Positions 28,497-38,074 of a stretch of DNA of 64,000 bases are shown here, piece after piece (within the stretch, counting starts at the first letter, position 1; each line of letters opens with the position of its first letter). The notes under the pieces were generated by a model, which worked only from the letters and a program-made list of their open reading frames with translations, was not told the origin of the DNA and did no database searches. The stretch spans positions 992,001 to 1,056,000 of the forward strand of contig CAVOYH010000003.1 of NCBI GenBank assembly GCA_963700635.1. The letters are read 5' to 3'. This stretch comes from an uncultured Bacteroidota bacterium (lineage in GTDB: Bacteria > Bacteroidota > Ignavibacteria > UBA10030 > UBA6906). A program made the position numbers and the translations under genes.

Positions 28497-28876
28497 GAAT
28501 CAACCTGACAAGCGTTTTTGTAAACGATCAGGTGAAGGCACTGACATTCTATACGGAAATTCTGGGGTTCGTCAAGAAAACTGATATTTCGCTGGGGGAA
28601 TACAAGTGGTTGACAGTAATCTCACCCGAAGGGGCGGACGGCGTGGAATTGCTGCTGGAGCCGCTGGGTTTTCCCCCGGCAAAGGTCTACCAGAAAGCCC
28701 TCTTTGACGCCGGCATACCGGTCACGGCATTTGAATCCGTCGACATCCAGAAAGAGTATGAGCAACTGAAACACAAGGGGGTCGTGTTCAGATCAAAACC
28801 GGAGTCGATGGGACCGGTTACGGTGGCCGTGTTTGAAGATACGTGCGGGAACCTGCTACAGCTGGTGCAGCAATAG
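28493..28876 (+). CDS. VOC/glyoxalase family protein
   Basis: KALTFYTEILGF, WLTV, FEDTCGNLLQL. Confidence 0.9.
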   Translation: MRINLTSVFVNDQVKALTFYTEILGFVKKTDISLGEYKWLTVISPEGADGVELLLEPLGFPPAKVYQKALFDAGIPVTAFESVDIQKEYEQLKHKGVVFRSKPESMGPVTVAVFEDTCGNLLQLVQQ

Positions 28877-28940
28877 CGCGGAACTCGTTTTGTGAGGATG
28901 CCTTTGCCGGTCTGCGACAGGATGGAACACGAAGCCCGGG

Positions 28941-30206
28941 CTAAAGCTCCTGCACTCTTGTCAGGTCCGACGGCACCCGCGGCGACGAAAGCAGCGCTGA
29001 GAAGATCTCCCAGCGCTGCTGCGGATTGTTGAGCGTTCCGCCCCGGGCTTCGATGTAACGCCGCACAAGATCCTGTCCGAGATTGTAGTTGATGACATAA
29101 CTTCTGTACACGTCAAAAAATGTTGTGCGTTGTACAGATCGCTCGGGCGACATGAGTGCGTAGTCCTGCAACCAGCGGGCAGCTTCTTCACGCGTGATCA
29201 CCCCATCCAGATATCGACGGGCTGCCTCGTTCCCCGCATAGGCCAGCCGTTGCGTGAGTCCGTGCACGCGATAATAGTGCTCTGCTTCCTCTGGCGGTAA
29301 CCCCGCCAGCGGAAAGAGCACCTCCTTCTCGAACTCCACCCTTGTACTCCCCGGGAAGGCCATTTCTATTCCGAAATTCGCCGTGCCCTCGGCAATAAGG
29401 GACTGCGGGCTGAAGAGAGCATAGACCGAATATTCCATCCACCCCCGCTCACGCACAAGGTGTTGCTCCAGCAGACTGTTGTACACATGATGTCCCGGAT
29501 ACCCCTCGTGACAGGCCAGATCCACAGCCCGGTCAATGGGGATCGGAAAATCCACGTTCATCTGGATCAGACTCCGTCCCTTTCCCTTGTACCAGTTGTA
29601 CCCGCTCCAGGGTTTTTCGGTGACATACTCAACACTAAAATCATCGCCGACAGGGAGCGAAAGATTCTTTTCCGTCCGCCGCCTTCCCTCGCTGATGGCG
29701 GCGGAGAACACACCGTCAAGCCGGTCCCGGGGGATCACGAACTGCTTTGTGTATTCCTGATAACGCACGGCAACGTCTCCGGTGCCCGGTAATATTTCTT
29801 CAACACCCTTCAGGAGAGATTCAAAATGCTCTTTCGGGTAGGATGGGGGTACCGCATCGTAGAGAGCGAGAGCCTCTTCGTCAAAGGTCCGCTTCACACC
29901 CTGCAGCATGGACACCCGTACAGAGAGTGATTCGGTTTGCCGCAGCAGGTACCGGTGGCGCAAAGTGACGATCTCTTCCTGATCGTGTAGGGGCAGTCCG
30001 AGAAGCGCGCCAACCAACGCTTCAGCCTGCGCCGCTATGATTTCCAGAGACGGGTGCTCACGTTCTACCTCTGCTTTCCATTCCGGCGGCCCGTAATAGG
30101 CGTCCACGTAATCAGGGTCGTGGAGTCCGACGGAAAGAACCAGACGCAGGTACTCTTCCGAGAGTTGGTCAAGCGGGGAGTTTTTCTCAGGAATCGGCAT
30201 GGGCAC
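28941..30206 (-). CDS. DUF885-like putative metallopeptidase
   Basis: HEGYPGHH motif and downstream AEG. Confidence 0.65.
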   Translation of the reverse strand: MPMPIPEKNSPLDQLSEEYLRLVLSVGLHDPDYVDAYYGPPEWKAEVEREHPSLEIIAAQAEALVGALLGLPLHDQEEIVTLRHRYLLRQTESLSVRVSMLQGVKRTFDEEALALYDAVPPSYPKEHFESLLKGVEEILPGTGDVAVRYQEYTKQFVIPRDRLDGVFSAAISEGRRRTEKNLSLPVGDDFSVEYVTEKPWSGYNWYKGKGRSLIQMNVDFPIPIDRAVDLACHEGYPGHHVYNSLLEQHLVRERGWMEYSVYALFSPQSLIAEGTANFGIEMAFPGSTRVEFEKEVLFPLAGLPPEEAEHYYRVHGLTQRLAYAGNEAARRYLDGVITREEAARWLQDYALMSPERSVQRTTFFDVYRSYVINYNLGQDLVRRYIEARGGTLNNPQQRWEIFSALLSSPRVPSDLTRVQEL

Positions 30207-30334
30207 CTGTTATCGGAAATATCATGGTATCATGGGAATGTGCATGAATGTGCGAACCGATTCACTAAAATGCAACGCCCCGGCTTCGATGACAACCACA
30301 CATCGGTGAGTACCTCATAAGCGAAACCCACTGC

Positions 30335-31801
30335 CTACCGCACATCATACCGGTGAAACCCCATTACCGCGCCGCCGAGTGCGAGAATCCCGAAGAGCGC
30401 CAGGACTCCCGCATCCACAAGTGATCCCTGCAGAATATCACCAAGTGGGGAACTGACCGGCACGTAACGGGGAAGATCACTTACGTCCAGTGTCCCGCGT
30501 TCACGGGGGGCACTGAATGAAAATCCCCGCTCGGTATCAACCGTAATTCTGAATCCGCCCGTGCCGCCGCTCTCCTTCTGCTTTCTGTCGACATGCTGCT
30601 TAAATTCTCCCCGGTATCTCTCCATCGATTCTTCCGTCACGTTCTTTATGCCGATGCCGGTGCGTGCGATCTCCATGGCGGCAAGCTGGTATGCTGCGGA
30701 GGGGGAGAAACGGGCGAACAGAAACGCAAGGTCTTCCTGCGTCGAACGCCGATTCCGGATGTCTTCCTGCAATCGGATGCCATACGCGTCAATATCGGAC
30801 TGGACCCGTTTTCGATCCGCGTCATCTTCTTCCATCCAGCTCCAGAGATGATCATCCCTGTACGCTTCCCGGGCCTCCCTGGTGAGACCGCGCATCCCTA
30901 CTTCGCGCGTGCGCCACCTCTCCGTCATCCCACTCAAGTGCTTCTCCCAACCGTCCTTGGCGTAGCCATCGCGCTGTGCGTCCACCTCCGCCACTGTGGG
31001 TACGGTGATAAATTGCTCCGCAGCCATAACGCCGAGTCGCGGAAGTATCAGGACCGTACTGACCCACACCACCAGACACGCCATAAACGACACGGCCGAA
31101 TGCCGGGTCCAGGCGGAGACGGTGATTCCGACAATCACCCAGACCGTGAAGAAGAGGAGGGAGACAGCAAGCAGGAGGCCGACCCTGAACCAGTCTTCCG
31201 GCGAAAGAGGGACGCCCGAGAGTGCAACGATCAGTATCCCCAGAGCGATCGGCACGGAAAGGGAAAGTAACAAGCCGCTCCAGATACCCGCCGCCTTGGC
31301 CAGTACATACGTCCTCCGGGGAACAGGACTTGCCATGGAGAGCTGTAATGTGCCGCTTTCCCGTTCACCGGATATGGCGTCATACGAAAAGAGTATGGCC
31401 ATTAACGAAAGCACAATCTGAACCAGGAACACAAAATCGAACGAGCGGAATACGGCGAAGATAGGGTCATCGGAGTAAACGCTGTGGGCCAGTTTTACCG
31501 GCGCTGTGCTGTTGATCGCGGAGAGCCGCCCGACGTCGTTGTGGACCCCGCTCACGAACACCAGCAGGGGATCGGGCGGACGGAGTGCGCGGTGATCAAG
31601 GCTCATCCAGCTTGAGGATTCCCGGAGCTGCTGCTCGGAGAGCTGCAGTGCGGTGGAGTACTGCTGCGCGCCCGCATGGTACTCCTGTATTCCCACCGCA
31701 AAGCTCATCAGGATGAGCACGACGACAACACCGAACGTGATGCTGAACTTCTGGCTTACCAGGATTGCGCGGAGTTCTCTGTTAAACACGGTTCTGAACA
31801 T
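30335..31801 (-). CDS. ABC-2 type transporter permease
   Basis: YDAISGERESGTL; TM helices; C-terminal YDVR. Confidence 0.88.
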   Translation of the reverse strand: MFRTVFNRELRAILVSQKFSITFGVVVVLILMSFAVGIQEYHAGAQQYSTALQLSEQQLRESSSWMSLDHRALRPPDPLLVFVSGVHNDVGRLSAINSTAPVKLAHSVYSDDPIFAVFRSFDFVFLVQIVLSLMAILFSYDAISGERESGTLQLSMASPVPRRTYVLAKAAGIWSGLLLSLSVPIALGILIVALSGVPLSPEDWFRVGLLLAVSLLFFTVWVIVGITVSAWTRHSAVSFMACLVVWVSTVLILPRLGVMAAEQFITVPTVAEVDAQRDGYAKDGWEKHLSGMTERWRTREVGMRGLTREAREAYRDDHLWSWMEEDDADRKRVQSDIDAYGIRLQEDIRNRRSTQEDLAFLFARFSPSAAYQLAAMEIARTGIGIKNVTEESMERYRGEFKQHVDRKQKESGGTGGFRITVDTERGFSFSAPRERGTLDVSDLPRYVPVSSPLGDILQGSLVDAGVLALFGILALGGAVMGFHRYDVR

Positions 31802-31811
31802 AAGTCCTCTC

Positions 31812-33227
31812 CTACCGTACGTCATACCGCAGGAAAGCCATAACGGCTCCTGCCATGAATACCAGGACAAACAGGGATAACACACCGGCCTCTATCATTA
31901 TCTTCCCTCCGACATCCGCGAGGGTGAGCGGGGAATACACAAACGCGGGGATCTCGTGCGGATTGATGACCGGGGGGGGCTTTCCATTCTCCTCCTCCAC
32001 GCGCCACATGATCATACCTCCTCCGGGGTTGATGCCGGTTTTCGCCATCATAAACTCCGCATACGATTTCTGATACGATTCAGCCGTTGCCAGGAAATGC
32101 TGTTTGAGTTCCAGTGATGTTCCAGCCAGACGGGAAGCGGCAAGCGAAAAACACGCCGCCGGGGAAAGACGGGCGATGGCGAACGCCAGGTTCTCCTGCA
32201 CCTCCTGCTTGTTCCGCCTCTCTTCATTTAATCGCGCCCCGAATTCGCGCATCTTCTTCTCGCGTGCATCCGCGATCCTCTGCATCAACTGCTGGAACTC
32301 ATTGACCATCTCCTCGGGGGATCCCTTTTGTGTCGGGGTGAAGCCGGACATCATATCCCGGTCTTCAGTCCATAATTGCGCACTGAATCGCGCCTTCTGC
32401 GCCGCCACCTCATCCACTGACGGTACATCCACCGCCCGGCCGGCGATCATCACTGCCGCGCGCGGCACCACCAGCACGATTACGATCCAGAGAACCAGCA
32501 AAACCAGAAAGGACGTCGACGACCGATTTGTCAGGGCGGAAATGGCAACGGACAACGACAGGAAAACGCCGAGGTAGAGGAACCCGGTAACGATGATCAA
32601 CGTCAGACGGATCCATTCGGACGTTCCCATCGGAACGCCCATAAGAGGGAGGATCAATGCCCCGATCAACATGGGGACAAGCAACGGAATGATCAGCGCA
32701 AGGTATGCGCCGAAAAGCTTGCCGAGAATATACAGATGCCGCGGAACCGGCGAGGCAAAGGTCAGGCGTAACGTTCCCCTCTCCTTCTCGCCGCTGACGG
32801 CATCATATGAAAAGAGTATGGCAAGGAGCGAAAGGACAACCTGAAAAAGAAAGTCCAGATCGAACGTGCGGAAAACCGCGAACATCGGGTCATCCCCGAA
32901 GCGGGTGTCCTGCGCGCTGAGTTCGCCGCGCCCCTGGACCGTGACTGTGTGACCGATGTCATTCGAGATGCCCGTTACAAGGGCAGACAACGGCTGCGGA
33001 GGAAGGAAGACGCGGGTTTCGCGGACGTGCAGCCAGTCCGTAATCCCCTCCAGACGCCGGATATTTTCACGCACCGCCGCTTCGTTCTGGTTGACAGCCA
33101 CCTGATACGTCCTGGCCCCCACAACGAATACCAGGAGCACAAGTATGGCACAGAGGCCGAACGTCACGGCGAATTTTGTGGAGCCGATGATGTCCCGGAG
33201 CTCTTTGGTGATCAGAAGTCTCAACAT
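31812..33227 (-). CDS. ABC-2 type transporter permease (paralogue)
   Basis: YDAVSGEKERGTL; C-terminal YDVR. Confidence 0.88.
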   Translation of the reverse strand: MLRLLITKELRDIIGSTKFAVTFGLCAILVLLVFVVGARTYQVAVNQNEAAVRENIRRLEGITDWLHVRETRVFLPPQPLSALVTGISNDIGHTVTVQGRGELSAQDTRFGDDPMFAVFRTFDLDFLFQVVLSLLAILFSYDAVSGEKERGTLRLTFASPVPRHLYILGKLFGAYLALIIPLLVPMLIGALILPLMGVPMGTSEWIRLTLIIVTGFLYLGVFLSLSVAISALTNRSSTSFLVLLVLWIVIVLVVPRAAVMIAGRAVDVPSVDEVAAQKARFSAQLWTEDRDMMSGFTPTQKGSPEEMVNEFQQLMQRIADAREKKMREFGARLNEERRNKQEVQENLAFAIARLSPAACFSLAASRLAGTSLELKQHFLATAESYQKSYAEFMMAKTGINPGGGMIMWRVEEENGKPPPVINPHEIPAFVYSPLTLADVGGKIMIEAGVLSLFVLVFMAGAVMAFLRYDVR

Positions 33228-33259
33228 GGAAGTCCTTCGTAATGGGATACGGCTGTCGC

Positions 33260-33988
33260 TCAGGCGGCGTGTCCGGCCATGTGCTCGAGATAAAGACGTT
33301 CAAGATTTTCCCCGCCCAGTTCGGCGGCGCTGCGCTGCATCACCAGACGGCCGCGGTCCAGAATGCCCACCGTGCTGGCGACCTCCTTCGCGCGGAAGAT
33401 GTCATGGGTGGACATGAGTATGGCCTTCCCTTCGTCGCGCAGGGACGTAAGAAGCTGGATAAACTCAAACCCGGCCTGTGGATCCAGACCGGACGTGGGT
33501 TCATCCAGCACGATAGCCGGAGCGTTTTTCATGATGGCTATGGCAAGACCGCACTTCTGCCGCATCCCTTTGGAAAACTCCCGGAGCTTTTTGTTGTGGG
33601 CTGATTCCTGAAGCCCGACCCGCAGAAGGACCTGACGGTAATCATCCCGGGTGTGGCGCTGGAGTCCGCCCAGACGCGTGAAGTAGTCCAGGTTCTGTAT
33701 CGCGGTAAACGATGGATAGAGCATGACGTTTTCGGAGACATACGCGATCCTGGCCTTTGCCTTAAGCGGTTCGCGATGAGTGCAAATCCCGTCCACTTTT
33801 GCTTCACCTTCCGTGGGTTCGAGGAAGTTGAGGAACAGGTTGATCGTGGTGGTCTTGCCCGCCCCGTTGGCCCCGAGCATGGCATAGATCTGTCCGGGGT
33901 GGACCTCGAACGAAACATGGTCCAGTGCAAGGACACCGTCCTCGTACCGTTTGGTAAGATGCACCGCTTCAAACATGGGTTGCGACAT
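33260..33988 (-). CDS. ABC transporter ATP-binding protein
   Basis: GANGAGKT, FSKGM, LDEPTSGLD. Confidence 0.93.
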   Translation of the reverse strand: MSQPMFEAVHLTKRYEDGVLALDHVSFEVHPGQIYAMLGANGAGKTTTINLFLNFLEPTEGEAKVDGICTHREPLKAKARIAYVSENVMLYPSFTAIQNLDYFTRLGGLQRHTRDDYRQVLLRVGLQESAHNKKLREFSKGMRQKCGLAIAIMKNAPAIVLDEPTSGLDPQAGFEFIQLLTSLRDEGKAILMSTHDIFRAKEVASTVGILDRGRLVMQRSAAELGGENLERLYLEHMAGHAA

Positions 33989-34027
33989 AATGTACTCCGA
34001 TGTTGTGTTCGTTACGTCCACTCCGGA

Positions 34028-35542
34028 TCAGCGGCGGGAAAGTTTTATGCCGAATATCACAATCCCTGTCACGAGTGCCACGATCAGCACAACGATAAAC
34101 CCGGTCATCAGGACGTTACTGCCGGCCTGGATTTCGATGGTGATGGTTTTGTCTTCAGCATTAAGGGGTTGATTGTCCGAGAGCCCGCTTGTGCGCAGGC
34201 GGATCTCATAGCGGCCCGGTGCAACATTAGCCGGGGGGGCAAGTGTGAGTTCAAAACGTGCTTCGGCCGACACTTCAAGTCCGGAGAGTATCGCGGGCTG
34301 GATCTCTTTTGCCCAGTTCAGAGGGAGATCCACCTTGATTTCGATATTGTCCAGGCGGCGTGTTCCCTCGTTCACGATCTCCAGCGGGAGCGTGACCCGG
34401 TCGTTTGCGCCGATACTATGGTACAGCTGCGCGATACGCACCAGCAGGCGTCCCTTTCCGCGGGGAACTAATTCCAGGCGGGCATACCCGACCTGCAACT
34501 GTTCGATTTCCTGCTGGGTCCAGATGCGGTCCCGTTCGTTCTCTTTTTCAAATCGTGACGCCTGTTGCCGGGGCACAACCAGCACGTAGAACGGAATGGC
34601 CCGGTCCATGCCCACCTCGTCAGTAGGCCGGTCGGGGAGAGATACGTCGAGCGCCACACGGCGGGTGTTTGTGGATTCGGTGAACCGGAACTGGCTCAAA
34701 CGGGAGCCGGTGAGCGGGTCCTTGAATATGGCCGTAAGCTGTTTGGGCAGATTCACAGCGGCAAGCGTGAAGGTGTTCTGATCCTTGCTGAAGAGCTCCA
34801 GCCGCAGCTCAAATGTCGCGGATTTTCCCAGCTCACTTTCCAGTGAAAACTGGTCTGCCTGCACCATCACCCGGTTGATGGAGACATCCTTCTGCAAAAA
34901 GATCTTCATGCTCCGCTGACTGCCATTCCCGAAGATCATGTTCACAGTAACCGCGTCCAGATCCTGAAGGAGCGTGAAGGTCAGTTCATGTGGCTGACCG
35001 TATCGCAACTGATCGATCTTGGCTTCGTAGGGCAGACTGATGATGGCGTTTTCGTTATTCAGGATGGAGATGTACACGTTGCTGATCAGATCGGGCTGCA
35101 GCGACTGAAAGAGCCGGTCGTCCAGGTTCAGCAGCTTCCGGAACTCCGCACTTCCGCCGGAGGCGTTTTCCACACGCAGACGGATACGCTTGTTCCCGTC
35201 AGCCCCCTGGTACTTCACAGCCCGTGTGATGGAGATATATTGCTGCTCGAACAGGACGGCCAGGAGGGACTGCTGGTAGTTCACTTCGGCGTCCGCAAAA
35301 AAACCTCTTGCCCGGTCCAGCTCCGCCTGTGATATCAACCCGCGCGTATGAAGTTCCGCCTGGCGCTCAAACTCCTTTTTGGCCACATCAAACGCCTCCT
35401 TTGCTCTTTTCAGGCCGAGCACACGGTACTTGTCGTCACGCTGGTTGTAGTACGTGCCTGATTGGGCCAGGAGAACATGTGATTGCGTCACGACAAAAGC
35501 CAGAAGGATCAGGGCAACAGCGATGGAAGTGCGGGTGGGCAT
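34028..35542 (-). CDS. Exported protein with HlyD-like helical hairpin, NEW3/NPCBM-associated Ig-like domain and C-terminal TM anchor
   Basis: Signal peptide; EFERQAELHTRGLISQAELDRA; NEGTRRLDNI..LPLNW..PGRY; C-terminal TM followed by RR. Confidence 0.7.
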   Translation of the reverse strand: MPTRTSIAVALILLAFVVTQSHVLLAQSGTYYNQRDDKYRVLGLKRAKEAFDVAKKEFERQAELHTRGLISQAELDRARGFFADAEVNYQQSLLAVLFEQQYISITRAVKYQGADGNKRIRLRVENASGGSAEFRKLLNLDDRLFQSLQPDLISNVYISILNNENAIISLPYEAKIDQLRYGQPHELTFTLLQDLDAVTVNMIFGNGSQRSMKIFLQKDVSINRVMVQADQFSLESELGKSATFELRLELFSKDQNTFTLAAVNLPKQLTAIFKDPLTGSRLSQFRFTESTNTRRVALDVSLPDRPTDEVGMDRAIPFYVLVVPRQQASRFEKENERDRIWTQQEIEQLQVGYARLELVPRGKGRLLVRIAQLYHSIGANDRVTLPLEIVNEGTRRLDNIEIKVDLPLNWAKEIQPAILSGLEVSAEARFELTLAPPANVAPGRYEIRLRTSGLSDNQPLNAEDKTITIEIQAGSNVLMTGFIVVLIVALVTGIVIFGIKLSRR

Positions 35543-35544
35543 CG

Positions 35545-35982
35545 TCAGTCGCGTTTTCTGATGATCATTCGGTTCCCCTTCGGCAGGTCTTTCGGGTCGG
35601 CCTTCACAAATATCACGATGTGCAGCTCTTCTCCCCGTTTGATACCCAGCTTTATCGTATCGCCGGGGGACGCGGCCTCATAGAACTTCCTGAAAACCTC
35701 TGCAGATTTGGCGGGTTTGGCATTAACCATCAGGATACGGTCGTCGGTGCGGATATCAACCGGAGCAGAGGTCTTGGGCCGGGCTTCGGCAGGCATGGCG
35801 TGTATCACGCGGAACTCGTTTTCCTGCATTCCCACCACGGCACCGATCTCCGGCAAAAACGTTCCTTCGCCCTCGATGCGGAGCACCTTCCGGCCCGAAT
35901 CCGCCTTGCTGATAAAAACCTGGGCAGGGCCGGGGGTGGTGATGACCAGCGCAAGCACAACACATCCGAGCAGATATCGCAT
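35545..35982 (-). CDS. Small exported PDZ-domain protein
   Basis: Signal peptide; IRTDDRILMVNAK...GDTIKLGIKRG. Confidence 0.72.
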   Translation of the reverse strand: MRYLLGCVVLALVITTPGPAQVFISKADSGRKVLRIEGEGTFLPEIGAVVGMQENEFRVIHAMPAEARPKTSAPVDIRTDDRILMVNAKPAKSAEVFRKFYEAASPGDTIKLGIKRGEELHIVIFVKADPKDLPKGNRMIIRKRD

Positions 35983-36048
35983 GGTTCTCTCCAGAAAAAT
36001 TGATAGTCAGTGTACCGTCAACATACAAGATCTGTTCCCGCGGTCATA

Positions 36049-36084
36049 GTTAAACAATGTTACGGGGTGTTAAGAAACGTTAAC
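36049..36084. promoter_or_regulatory. Four GTTA(A/C) direct repeats at 10-bp period (OmpR-family box)
   Basis: GTTAA 36049, GTTAC 36059, GTTAA 36069, GTTAA 36079. Confidence 0.72.
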
Positions 36085-36226
36085 CCTCCTCCCCCATTTC
36101 CCTGAAAAACGATTCGGAAGGGGGCATTTGGCCACCGGGCCGCTGCCCGGAAAGGCGGCATCAGGAGAACACCTAAATTTTCTTGTAAAATAGCAGGAAC
36201 TTTCTTCATTAATTAGGTGTAGTTGA

Positions 36227-36628
<402 letters not shown>

Positions 36629-36679
36629 GCGTACGGACTTTCAGACTATCCCAAAATTCGCATAAGGAGGAGTTCTTGT

Positions 36680-37975
36680 ATGGATACCAAAGTCGTCCTC
36701 GATACCATGTGGGTGCTGATCACGGCAATGCTCGTCTTCTTTATGAACCTCGGTTTCGCCATGGTGGAGACGGGGTTCTCACGCATGAAGAATGCGGTGA
36801 ATATCCTCTCGAAAAACTTTATCGTCTTCGCCGTCTCTTCCATCGCGTTCTGGGTGATCGGCTGGGGTCTGATGTTCGGGAATGGCAGCGGCTTTTTCGG
36901 GGCCGAAGGAATTTTCGGTCTCTCCGGAGCTGACAACAGCCCCGCAACAGGGAACGCATACAGTGGCGCCTATGCAGCGATCTCCTGGGCCACGGTTCCG
37001 CTTATGGCGAAGTTCTTTTTCCAGCTTGTGTTTGCCGGCACGGCCGCGACGATCGTCTCGGGCGCGGTGGCGGAACGAATCAAGTATGTCTCCTTTATTC
37101 TCTTCTCCTTTGTTCTTGTAGCGATGGTGTATCCGGTTGCCGGTCACTGGATCTGGGGAGGTGGCTGGCTGGCTGCCCTGGGCTTCTGGGATTTTGCCGG
37201 TTCTACCGTGGTTCACTCCGTCGGCGGCTGGGCGGCCCTCGCCGGAGTTATCGTTCTCGGCCCCCGTATTGGCAAATTTAGAGACGGCAAAGTGCATCCT
37301 ATCCCCGGCCACAGTATGCCGCTTGCAACAATCGGTGTTTTTGTCCTCTGGCTCGGATGGTTCGGCTTTAATCCCGGGAGTACGATGGCTGCCGATCCGG
37401 AAGCGATTGCACGTATCTGTCTCACGACAAACAGTGCCGCCGCTGCAGGAGTACTCGCCTCCACCCTTGTTGCGTGGCTCCTCCTCGGAAAACCCGATCT
37501 GAGTATGACCATCAACGGCTGTCTGGCAGGCCTTGTGGCCGTGACCGCTCCCTGTGCGTACATCAGCGTCGGCAGCTCTCTGATTATCGGCACCGTTGCC
37601 GGTACCCTGGTGGTCTTCGCGGTGCTGGCATTCGACCGGCTCCGGCTGGACGATCCGGTGGGGGCCCTCTCCGTGCATCTCGTAAATGGCGTGTTCGGTA
37701 CCGTTGCGCTCGGACTTTTTGCACAGGACCGGTTTATCCCCGGCACTACAGGGAACGGGCTCTTTTTTGGCGGCGGGGCAGGCCTGTTGTGGAGCCAGCT
37801 CGCAGGTGTTGCCGCTGTCGGGGTCTTTGCCTTCAGCGTATCGTTTGGTGTCTGGCAGATTCTGAAACATACGATCGGAATCCGGGTCAGCCGGGAGGAA
37901 GAACGTGAGGGATTGGACATCGGCGAACATGGTATGGTCGCATACCCGGAGTTTGCTCCGACCCCGGACCGCTAA
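36680..37975 (+). CDS. amtB: Ammonium transporter
   Basis: DFAGSTVVH, LWLGWFGFNPGS, DDPVGALSVH. Confidence 0.96.
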   Translation: MDTKVVLDTMWVLITAMLVFFMNLGFAMVETGFSRMKNAVNILSKNFIVFAVSSIAFWVIGWGLMFGNGSGFFGAEGIFGLSGADNSPATGNAYSGAYAAISWATVPLMAKFFFQLVFAGTAATIVSGAVAERIKYVSFILFSFVLVAMVYPVAGHWIWGGGWLAALGFWDFAGSTVVHSVGGWAALAGVIVLGPRIGKFRDGKVHPIPGHSMPLATIGVFVLWLGWFGFNPGSTMAADPEAIARICLTTNSAAAAGVLASTLVAWLLLGKPDLSMTINGCLAGLVAVTAPCAYISVGSSLIIGTVAGTLVVFAVLAFDRLRLDDPVGALSVHLVNGVFGTVALGLFAQDRFIPGTTGNGLFFGGGAGLLWSQLAGVAAVGVFAFSVSFGVWQILKHTIGIRVSREEEREGLDIGEHGMVAYPEFAPTPDR

Positions 37976-38018
37976 TCCGAAACAGGACGCGTCGTCTTGC
38001 GGTCTCCTGCGGAATGGC

Positions 38019-38035
38019 TGTTAAGAAACGTTAAC
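38019..38035. promoter_or_regulatory. Second copy of TGTTAAGAAACGTTAAC, upstream of the histidine kinase
   Basis: 17/17 identical to 36068-36084; candidate -10 TATCTT at 38063-68, just before ATG 38075 (possibly leaderless). Confidence 0.72.
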
Positions 38036-38074
38036 GGAGAGGAAATTCTCCCGTCAAGATCGTATCTTGGCGGA

